DNA of 63,999 nucleotides, filler included, from Basidiobolus ranarum (Eukaryota), in NCBI GenBank assembly GCA_040143965.1. It is 7 parts of 7 records of this genome, joined end to end, with 100 filler letters (N's around TTAATTAATTAA, not from the genome) between each part and the next. Parts side by side here need not be neighbours in the genome. Positions count along the whole stretch, not along the records: positions 45,953 to 55,013 come from JASJQH010007752.1; positions 55,114 to 63,999 come from JASJQH010007782.1; 5 more parts are not named here. One strand, written 5' to 3'. The notes under the pieces were generated by a model. The model worked only from the letters and a program-made list of their open reading frames with translations, was not told where the DNA came from and searched no databases. Of this stretch, positions 54,623 to 63,999 are shown one piece after another. Positions within the stretch are counted from its first letter, which is position 1; every line of letters begins with the position of its first letter. The position numbers and the translations under genes were made by a program.

Positions 54623-55006
54623 TCATTCATATGAGGCTATTTGATGTGCATACTTTAAGTTAATTGGCTCATATAAACTATGTTGAAAGTATAAATCTCG
54701 ATGGTTGTTGATAAGCTCTTAGTAGGTTCTTGGCTTTGACGATGCTGTTTGTTTATTTGGTTTGTAATTCTGGAGAAGCGACAAGAAGACTTCTCTGTAA
54801 AAATCAACGTTGGAAAAACTTTCCAGGGCAAAGGCAGGGTCATTTTCCAATTCTTGAATAAACATGTACTTCAAAAAGGTGAACGTGTGCGTTACAAGGA
54901 TATGGACATTAGCCACGAGTGATATGAGAAGCGGAATGTACCGTGGCTTCCACCCAATACCCGCCATAGAGCTGTTGACTGCTATAATCTTTAATGGTGG
55001 TTCCAT
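54623..55006 (-). pseudogene. N-terminal fragment of a Fanzor1-like (TnpB-derived) transposon protein, disrupted
   Basis: AGIGWKPRYIPLLISLVANVHILVTHTFTFLKYMFIQEL...DFYREVFLSLL...TY*ELINNHRDLYFQHSLYEPINLKYAHQIASYE*. This resembles the N-terminal region of the multicopy Mucoralean Fanzor1-type family as I recall it. Stops at 54719-54721 and 54623-54625; no RuvC motifs remain. Confidence 0.68.
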
Positions 55007-55113
55007 AAAGAGANNNNNNNNNNNNNNNNNNNNNNNNNNNNNNNNNNNNNNNNNNNNTTAATTAATTAANNNNNNNNNNNNNNNNNNNNNNNNNNNNNNN
55101 NNNNNNNNNNNNN

Positions 55114-55200
55114 CACAATGCCGCCCATAAATCTAACGGCGCTCCTGGTGCCCTCATTGCAGGGTTCGCTATTGCAGGCTATGCTCTTAATGGCTTGTAA
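55114..55200 (+). CDS. C-terminal end of a probable GPI-anchored protein; 5' truncated
   Basis: HNAAHKSNGAPGALIAGFAIAGYALNGL* has a small-residue omega site, a spacer and a hydrophobic tail. Confidence 0.45.
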   Translation, partial: HNAAHKSNGAPGALIAGFAIAGYALNGL

Positions 55201-55614
55201 AGCATTCATTTGGAACGTACCCTTGAGAGGAAGAATTTTATTCTGGAACCATTCAAGCTATCTTTCAAATATCAAATTTTGTTACTACCAATAGCCATTG
55301 AATATGGCAACCTTATTCATTAAATAAATTATCAATATTTTGCTGACTACATTTGCCACAATGAATAGGTATCTATCTGTATGTAGTGCCCAACGGAATG
55401 AATGAACTAAGAAGATTTTGTGTTGTCACGCAACCGTACTTTATTCGCTAGTGGATGAAAGGGTGAAATACATTGTGCAAATAGGTTGTATATGCTTGGC
55501 GTTCACAGTAGCTATCAGAAGGTCGGTATATGAATAGTGCTTATCATGCGAAATATTCTCATGTCACATTGTGATGTATCATATAGCCAGGGGTTTGTTG
55601 CAAACAGAGAAAAA

Positions 55615-56040
55615 TTAATACCTGTTAAATAGGAGTGCTACGATTATGATCAGAATGGCTATGTTTGAGGGCTGACTATTCAGAGAGGTAGTATTCGGAG
55701 TGGGTGTTACTGGATGTGTTCCACTCACCACTGGGCTTGCTTGAGCGGTGGTAGTTGGTGAAATGGAACTGACTGAGGCAGAAGCCACTGAGGAAATAGA
55801 GCTCACTTTAGAGCTGACTTTGGAATTAATTGACGATACAGCTGAAGAGAGCTCTGAAGAAATGGATTGTAAAGTAGACGTGACTTCTATTGAAGTTGTG
55901 GGTTGTCCATCTGGCGATGAGTTGATCGAAGTAGGCTCTCCTCCTATAGATGTAGGGGGGACTGTGGTAGTTATAGTAATACCTCTGGCAAGTATGCAAG
56001 TAATGAAGATCAATATTCCGATGTATTTGCACAATCTCAT
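55615..56040 (-). CDS. Small secreted Ser/Thr-rich surface protein with a hydrophobic (GPI-like) tail, intronless
   Basis: Signal peptide MRLCKYIGILIFITCILA, S/T-rich body and tail NIAILIIIVALLF. Confidence 0.8.
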   Translation of the reverse strand: MRLCKYIGILIFITCILARGITITTTVPPTSIGGEPTSINSSPDGQPTTSIEVTSTLQSISSELSSAVSSINSKVSSKVSSISSVASASVSSISPTTTAQASPVVSGTHPVTPTPNTTSLNSQPSNIAILIIIVALLFNRY

Positions 56041-56767
56041 TTCAGATTCTCTTAATTCTTTAGATAATGTCTGGTCACAAGGTAACCTATGCTGTACCCT
56101 ATTAGTTTATATATCCTATGTGAACAAGTCATTATTTCTTGGATCATACATCTGGCCGACTATCAGTTGAGGTGCAGAGTATCTGTGAGACAGATAGAAG
56201 CTCTGTACAGTCATATTGACCTTGGTGACTTGATTGGAGCATCATTGTTTAGTTTGCAAAACCGAGTTTTAGATGGACTAACTTCAACTGACTACACACT
56301 ACGTATATTGTTGAACATTGTCTTGATTGATTTCCATTTTTCGATAGGGAAAGTAGTGACGCTATGAGCCAAGTAATATTACTAGATGACTATAAGGTTT
56401 ACTTGGGCTTTCGTCCTCAGGCAGCAAGCCACCATTTGACAATAAGGTATAATCAATAAGCATATCTCTGACTATAGTTTAGGTATTGGTCACCGAAGAA
56501 CTCATGCTCCATATCTTGAACAGGTTTTTCATTTATCAGTCATCAAGCAGCAGAGAATCTCTCGAAGTTTTATTTCTTGTGTAGAATGCAAGCCTATACT
56601 ATGTCCATGGTTTTCTATGTCATCATGACTTCAACGGTTTGTTCTTTTTGAGTATTCATAGTATAAGACATTCTGGACAATATATAAACTGCTAAATGGT
56701 ACAATGGAGGCTCAGGTCAAATTCAGACAAGTTTCCAGCAAATACCTTTTTTCACACATTTTTCACC

Positions 56768-57133
56768 ATGAGATTTAACATCGTAGCTCTCCTTGCTCTT
56801 GCTACCTTTGTTTCTACCCAAAGGATAGTTACTGTTACCACCACGGCCCCCATTGGTTCTACTCCTACACAAAGTAGCACCGCAGTACAGAGTCCATCGT
56901 CTGCTGCTCAATCCGTATCTTCAGACGTCTCCTCGGCATTGTCCTCGATCAACTCACAGGCCAGTTCCAATGCAGCTTCGGCATCCTCGTCAGTTCTCGC
57001 TAGCGCTTCATCGGTTTCGTCCTCTGTTGCTAGTGCACCAACAAAAACTCCTAGCGCAGCTGTATCTAATGTTCAATCCTTTGATATAATGAAGATTGGG
57101 GTGGTCGGACTGCTTGTTGCCTGGAATCATTAA
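56768..57133 (+). CDS. Small secreted Ser/Thr/Ala-rich GPI-like protein, probable paralogue of 55615-56040
   Basis: Signal peptide MRFNIVALLALATFVST, TATATAA at ~56681 and tail IMKIGVVGLLVAW. Confidence 0.82.
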   Translation: MRFNIVALLALATFVSTQRIVTVTTTAPIGSTPTQSSTAVQSPSSAAQSVSSDVSSALSSINSQASSNAASASSSVLASASSVSSSVASAPTKTPSAAVSNVQSFDIMKIGVVGLLVAWNH

Positions 57134-60100
57134 GCTGACAAGGATTGGACCTAACTGAACGGATTACCTAATTAGTTGATTGATTTTGATATTGAATTGA
57201 ACCAAGTTATTGAAATGTATTGCTATGATTGTTAAAACCCCAACTTTCTTAACCCCGGCCACTCTCCAAATGATTTAAATACTAAATGAAACCATATAAA
57301 CCATACCAAATAAACCCGCTTCGTATGCAGACTTCCAATTGAGTTTGGATTAAGACACCATTCCAGAGTGTCTGTGATTGTACGTTTACATCACTCATCC
57401 ACCATCGATTGGCCGAAGAGAATTATTGATTGAAATTTGGAATGATTCCATTAAATTCTGTAAGTGCAGCAGCTCCTGGCAATGCAACAACTTCAATGAA
57501 TTGGGTAAATTATACATACAATGCGACCAACAACCCAACGGCCCCAATCACTATTCCGAATTCTGAAATTCGGAGGATATTACCTGCATTAGGAATTGGG
57601 ATAGGATATGGATCATACTAAATCGATATCCGGTGACGGATGCAATGGTGCTACCTGCACCAGAGGTCTAGGATATATGTATGTAGAAAGTTAATGCCTT
57701 ACGAATGAAAACCTGCTTTCTAGGCAGATTTCTAGAATCTGCGATTCACTGATTCCAAAATATGGATTGGAGCCACTTCAATAATAATCAACTCATAACG
57801 CTAGGAGAGATTTCTTTCTCATATGCAAACCCCAGAAAGTATTTCTCGTGCATTTTGTTTGGATTTAATTCCAGTTAAACTTTGAAAGACATCTACAATT
57901 ATCAAATATGGGACCTATTACTATATATAACCAACACTAGGCTTAGCTTCAATTTGGACGGCATGCTTTCGTCCTTCTTACGAATCTTTAGTACAGAAAC
58001 GATTAAGTTATCGAGCCAAACATTAAATACAGCATCAAGTAATACTATCTCTACAGCCCGCTGAGCGCAACTCCATGTTATCTAGATGAACGATACGATA
58101 ACTGGCCCTTGCTGCTATTATGAAGCCCCCGCAGATAAAATGCTAGGGATTTCTCCATGGCCTATAGGCAACATTACTTGGTATCGTAATGACAGCTGAA
58201 AAGACTCGACAAGGCTAGCTAGAAGAGTAAATCTTAAATTCATCAATGTTGAGTCAGCACGCGCTTCGGCGATTCCATGGAAGAGAGTGATTTGTTATTT
58301 GTATGTGACGACACTCGGTCTAGTCATAGATGTATTGGTACCTAGTACACTAGTTTCGTGTCGTGTACATTCATCACACCTACTGCTTTTGGATTATTCT
58401 ACCCAATCGATTTGATCCATCAGTAAATGGGATTTTGGACAGATACTACATACGTTTTATTCCTCGATGGAAGACGTCAAGTCACGAGTTGAAGATGCAA
58501 TCGGAAAGAATGAAAAGTGCACTTTTTGGAGTTCGGAAGGTGGCGCTCTACAATGGTTATTGCTTGCTATCTATTGCAACATCGGCCTACAAAGAGCTTT
58601 CCAACAAGTACGTTTTAATACGGGATAGTGTTTAGTGTTCAAGAGTGTCCGTTTTTCAAAACCATTTAGTCAAAGCGCTCAGTATCAGATATCGATTTTT
58701 CGACCTTCCCATCGACGGTGATTCCTCTTAATCGGTCTTGGTTGATGGTGTGATAGATTTGGTGCTCTAAGGCATTAAGTATTTGCGCAGCATGGCAAAT
58801 GATCTATGCATATCTAGAGCCTATTCAGACCTTCAACTGGTTAAGAGTTGACAGCAGTTGATGAGTGGTGACTCCTTCAATTGTCATGAGCGAAACGACG
58901 TCAGACAAGAGATAGCTGACCATCTTAATAGCATTTCCACTTCAGCACAATGGTGCACCGTCCTTAATCATTGCCTAACTCTATCTAGCATGCTATGTAA
59001 CTATATTGGACCAAGCATGAGTTCTTCGATAATTACCTAAAGATTGGCAGATGCAGCAAACATGATTTCAACCATCTCCGCATGCTCCAAATTGGTACGA
59101 TACTACGGAAATGAATATGCTAATGAATCTGTTTGTGGATGGCCAACTTAGATGGACAGCTGACTATGGAGATGATTGTAATCTAACTTTTAAGCCAATG
59201 TTGAGGATTTGCATGGTGGAATGAGTATTCTAGCACGCTTATGAATGATATCTGTCATCTGCTCCATTTTATCCTGGTAAGCCATTTGAAATCTGTTCAC
59301 TTGGTGTCTCAACAAATGCAATCTAGCATTGCTCTCTCTGTAATCTCCAATATTAGTAACTCTGCTTCTTCACTTTACTATCTTGCCTTTTAACTAAAAT
59401 CATATGCCCATACATCTAAACATTCTTGTGTTGTAAGCCATGAACAGCCAACTGTAGATGAATAGAAAGCCAATGTGGTAAGGCATGTAATGAAATGGAT
59501 GACTTCGTGTAAGGTGCCTCAAGCCTGAGTATACAAGCTATGAGGTAAACAGCAAATGAATGCAATGGCATAGCCACAGGCTTGTTTGAAAGCCTTACTC
59601 TACAACAAATATACCTATACCATGTCACAGGCTCTACACAATCTATACATGTATCACCATACAACAGCGCCAATCCAGTCGCCATTTACGTCGCTATCTA
59701 ATCTTACTTAATTTGGGAGTGATAATCTTAGAAATTGGAGACCATTGAATGATCATCCGGTAGAAATTCAAGAACAACGAAGTCACTTGAACTGAAAAAG
59801 GCAATATCCTTCTTACTGCCAGTCTTCAAGCCATCAAGATGGACCCAATTACTACCAGTACATTGTGACTGCCACATCTATCCAATGATACCTTCACATG
59901 TAGAAAAAGGAATGTGCCATACAGAGCAGGATCTAATCTAATTTTGTGCATACCAGTGCGACTTTCAAGCATACCTTCTATTACATGTAGAAGTCGAAAT
60001 GAAATGGGCAGAAGAGTGACTGCTTAAAATGCTGTAAAAAGTTGGATGATTTGGAACTTCTTGGTGCATTAAGAGTAGCCAACACTCCAAATCAAAGAAG

Positions 60101-60303
60101 TCTCACAATGGCAATCTTTTGCCAATACACGTAATTTTTGATTGCGATATATATGTTAAACGCGCACTTTACTGACAAGAGAGGAATACTTTACGATACG
60201 TTTTTGGTATCTGAAGAATACATACTTTTCATATTGAAGTGTGAACAAACATAACCATAACTTGGGTGTTACTGATGGTTTAAAGTGGACATTGATTTGG
60301 CAT

Positions 60304-61026
60304 TTAATTGGCCTCAAATTTACGTGCCTAATAAATAAGAATTAATCAACAAATTCCACTTTCTTTTAAAAACGTTGACTTACACTTCTAGATAGATCTT
60401 CGACGTCATTAGGGTCACTACCCATCTCGACTCTTAAACCATCAAATGGATAATCACGAGGAACCTTAGATTCGTGTAAGTTCAAGGTTGGCTATATCAT
60501 GCAGTGACCAATACATGTGGATTACTTACCGCAATCTCGCGATCCGGTAAAGCATACTTTGCTAACGCAATGGCACCTCCCACGATAACCGAACCAACGA
60601 CTAATAATTCAGCAAGAGCCCTCCAAGGGTTAATTGGATTAGGATCAGTAATCCAAATACCCAGGATTTCGTCTTGTTCAGGAATCTAGCTCAATACAAA
60701 TATAAGACGGTAAATGTGCAGTCTCAGAGCGAACCTAAAATTTTTTACTAGTCAAAAATACTCGGATTAGAGAGACATACAGTTTCTCCAAAGTTTCTTC
60801 TTTCAGTTTGATCCCAGTAATCACGAGGATACCTTAATTGCTTATTTTCCCAAGGTAAATTAGGATAGTCACCAATTTGTGGGTCGGGGTCAACATAAGG
60901 AGGTTTGGAGAAAGAATGGGCAAGTCTAGCCTCAGAAGGCTGGATAGAAAGTAGTTGTAACTTATGGGTACTCTTTAGTAAAGAAGTAGTAGGACGAACA
61001 CAACGTTGAAGTTGACGAAGAGACAT
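60304..61026 (-). CDS. NDUFB8: Mitochondrial complex I accessory subunit NDUFB8 (ASHI/NIAM), 4 exons
   Basis: Presequence, DPDPQIGDYPNLP, YWDQTERRNFGE, one TM segment and VPRDYPFDGLRVEMG. Confidence 0.92.
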
Positions 61027-61634
61027 ATTGATTGAAATTGGAAAAGGTTCTACGACATTTCTCAGTAAATGAGTTGTATTACTGACTTGACCCTGATCAA
61101 TCACGACATTGAATATAGCTTAGTCTCAGTCTCGCCCTACCCCACTCTTAAGATGTCATAGCTTGACCCCAAATCGGCATTCTCTCCCCCAATCAGGAAC
61201 TTGCAACCTATAGGAAGGAATAGGAGTATCATACTGTTAACAGTCATCAGTTTTGGGATTTGGAGTTGGCAGCAAATAAAATATCAGGCTTCCAAGATAT
61301 ATCTATCGAGATTGAATATTATGTGTGGATCAGTAGCGCCCATACATTGGCCAATATAGTAAGAAAAGATGTAAATTTACCGATAACGAAGGCAAAACTC
61401 AAACTGATAATGTAAGGATATTTTATATTGATAAATCAGGAGACATCTCAACAACAGTGCAAAATAGCATTGGTTTGGACCATCAATGGACGATTGTTAG
61501 GCAATGCTTCACAATTGATGGTCCAGCATTGTAATAATATCTACCACCACCCATTTGATAAGTAGTAAAGTCCTTATATAAGATTCATTGCGGGAGTAAG
61601 TCCTCACTGAATACTACTAACCCTCCCTAACATA

Positions 61635-62270
61635 ATGCAACTAATCCACTCTCTAACCCTCAGTTCCCTCATAATCGTCTACCTCCTAAAGCAGGTTCAC
61701 GCTGAAGTTGTTACCGTTACGGTTACAAAATTTGCTACAGTTACCAATGTAAATCCAGAAAAAGATAACAGGTATAAAACCAAAGGGCTAGAATCCAGTA
61801 GTCTGTACAGCCCTAGTGTCGATAACAACAAAGAGCCACTAGCTAACAAAGGATCAGGCATAAATTCAATATATCCTACCTCTGCTCTTTCAAATAAGGA
61901 TGCGAAGGCTTCATATTCGGATGATCAACCACGAGCAACTTCAGGAGCCAAAAACTCTGATCCCCTAAACGCAACAACTCAAGGCTCTTTAGCTTCGTCA
62001 GGTGCTCCTGGGACCATGAGTTCTCTTTCGGGGACGGCCAAAAATACACCCACACCTACTAATGCATCTCAAGCTTCATCTAGTTCAATATCATCAACAA
62101 AAATTCCCTCAGCTTCGATGAATCCCAACATCACAACTACTGCATCTAGATCTCCGAGCCTCAAAATACCAACTGCAACACTTCAGCCAAACTCTGCTCA
62201 GATCAATGGCAATCTTCGGGGGGTAGCTCTTGCAAGTCTACTTTTAGCTTTAAAAACTTTACTGCTTTAA
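61635..62270 (+). CDS. Secreted Ser/Thr-rich GPI-like surface protein, intronless
   Basis: Signal peptide ending VHA, EVVTVTVTK start, S/T-rich body and PNSA...GVALASLLLAL tail. Confidence 0.82.
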   Translation: MQLIHSLTLSSLIIVYLLKQVHAEVVTVTVTKFATVTNVNPEKDNRYKTKGLESSSLYSPSVDNNKEPLANKGSGINSIYPTSALSNKDAKASYSDDQPRATSGAKNSDPLNATTQGSLASSGAPGTMSSLSGTAKNTPTPTNASQASSSSISSTKIPSASMNPNITTTASRSPSLKIPTATLQPNSAQINGNLRGVALASLLLALKTLLL

Positions 62271-62535
62271 AATCAAGTAACAGAAGATACTAAGCCTCTA
62301 TCGTATTGTACTTTGAAAAATAAAAATTCAACTTGAAAGCATCCAACAAAATAAGGGAGCTGGCAATAGTGGAAATAATTTAATCAAACGTTGAAGTTTT
62401 TAATGGTTTACAACTGCTTACATAGATATGTCAATACATACCACAGCATCAAGAAATCACCGAAAATGTTAAGAGAAAATCCGGTTTTTAGAAGGTTATA
62501 CAATTATCCATCGAGAACTGACTCTCCAAATTGTT

Positions 62536-63606
62536 CTAGATAATTTGGAGTTGATGAACATGCTCGTCTACATCCTGAAACCGGACGCTATTTTCTAGGT
62601 AAAGCCACGCGGTTTCTCTCATGCATAAGCGATCACGAAAAGGTAACATAAATCCAAGAGCTGGGTCAAAGCAAAATATCAGCCCGTGAAGAATACCACT
62701 CATGGCACTAATGATCTCTATGATGCTCAGTAGAGGACTTGTTGTAGACGGATACACTAGTAAATAAGTGATGGCAATCAACCGCGGAATTTGGGTAATT
62801 CCCACGACTAATATATAACCCACAATACGACGGGCGGTGCGTCGAATTTCGTCATTGATCGCAGCTTGTGTGGATATAATGAAAGATGGTGTTCGTGCTG
62901 TATGTCTCGGCGACTTTCCACCACTAATACTTCTATTGAAGTGAGGTGAGGTTTGTCCCGCGATAGACTGGATCATCTGTGGCGAGCGAACTCTGCTTCG
63001 CGTGTTATTGGATGCTAACGCCCAGGGCTGTTGCTCTTCCGCTGTTTTTTTTGGTAATCGAATATGGACTACAGAAATTAACAATGAAGCCAGTAGGACA
63101 CTCAAGATTATCCATATGTATTCACCCAAGTACAGGTGAGCCAGAGACTTGGATAGATTTGTCGAGAGAGTGGGCGCATCACAGGTATTGTTGCTGGCTA
63201 ATATTGAAATCACCTCAGCCATAACTACGCACACTGTAAAGATGATAGAAGTAATAAAGTACCACTTCGTTCTACCAAAGCCTCGTTTACCACGAACAAT
63301 GACTGCGTACATATTCAGCGCCAAACAAAATGTCAAGGTGGCAATCAACAGATCGGTTATTTGAATTATTATGCGGACAAATGAGCACCCAGGTAGTAGC
63401 AAAGTGACAACCTGATGACTTGATATTTCCTCCATCATCATAGATATCAAGTCTAAAATGGCAATAGCTGAGATGATGTAGATGGATACACGATCAACTA
63501 GACTTGATCGATATCTGGAAAGCAGAAAGATGATTAATAAAACCAGCGCAGCCGACAAGAAAGACGCCCACCGCACTACTGTTTCAATCACATCTAGGGC
63601 GGCCAT
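62536..63606 (-). CDS. Seven-transmembrane receptor (cAMP-receptor/Git3-like GPCR), intronless
   Basis: Seven hydrophobic segments, DRVSIYIISAIAILD in TM2, Cys before TM3 and CLALNMY. Long basic ICL3 ending RRTARRIVGYILV; TM7 SGILHGLIFCFDP. Confidence 0.82.
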   Translation of the reverse strand: MAALDVIETVVRWASFLSAALVLLIIFLLSRYRSSLVDRVSIYIISAIAILDLISMMMEEISSHQVVTLLLPGCSFVRIIIQITDLLIATLTFCLALNMYAVIVRGKRGFGRTKWYFITSIIFTVCVVMAEVISILASNNTCDAPTLSTNLSKSLAHLYLGEYIWIILSVLLASLLISVVHIRLPKKTAEEQQPWALASNNTRSRVRSPQMIQSIAGQTSPHFNRSISGGKSPRHTARTPSFIISTQAAINDEIRRTARRIVGYILVVGITQIPRLIAITYLLVYPSTTSPLLSIIEIISAMSGILHGLIFCFDPALGFMLPFRDRLCMRETAWLYLENSVRFQDVDEHVHQLQII

Positions 63607-63999
63607 CTTTTAGTTGGTTTAAGAGCGTTTAAGAGCGAAGGGTGGTTGAATAACGTAGAGGTTAATGGGAAAGATTTGAAGAAATGACAAAAGACCTGTG
63701 TCTAGTTCCTAGGCAAACGAAATCAGCTTTATTGTAATGTTGTGTTCGATGCTACTAGTGAATGATTTTATTTATATGGCCTTAGATACTGAATTAGGAT
63801 GCTAAGCCAACATTTCGGAAATTCATGGTTTTTTAACATCACCATGCCCGTGACTTGCATTCCAGGGCTTATTCCTGGCTAAAATTAGATATGTGGCCAA
63901 GCCCAGTTGAAGTCTGTGATCTTTCAATTCCTCATATTGAACCTAGGGAATGCTTTCTGTGAGATGCAACTGAGCCAAGCATGTCTTATTCTTAGCATT

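Noticed and set aside
57378-59700. Scattered short ORFs or possible pseudogene fragments
   Set aside because: No consistent exon chain or recognisable domain.

Overview
AT-rich, intron-dense eukaryotic DNA from an early-diverging fungus. Gene content and protein style suggest Zoopagomycota/Mucoromycota, possibly Basidiobolus (inference, not tested). The window is not one locus. It is seven ~9 kb pieces joined by identical 100-nt spacers (N44-TTAATTAATTAA-N44), with strictly decreasing lengths (>=9105, 9095, 9090, 9084, 9078, 9061, >=8886), so adjacency across spacers is an artefact. Most content is housekeeping or regulatory: RRP45, Ulp2-like SUMO protease, POM33/TMEM33, mL57/MRPL15-like, GPI2, TFB3/MAT1, Mgr3-like TPR, MedA, alpha-arrestin, Cla4-type PAK, NMNAT, PRELI/UPS2, an atypical importin-alpha, a BRD8-like bromodomain protein, NDUFB8, a 7TM receptor and several Ser/Thr-rich GPI-type proteins. 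Accessory content: three copies of one Ty1/copia LTR family and an intron-retaining RPL12 pseudogene whose intron folds into a long hairpin. There is also an intronless bacterial-type group I truncated haemoglobin and the 3' part of an unusual adenylate kinase. The top candidate is an internally deleted Fanzor1-like (eukaryotic TnpB-derived) remnant at 54433-55006 that appears to keep a structured ~90-nt omegaRNA-like 3' end. All family calls come from motif recognition by eye; no searches were run.
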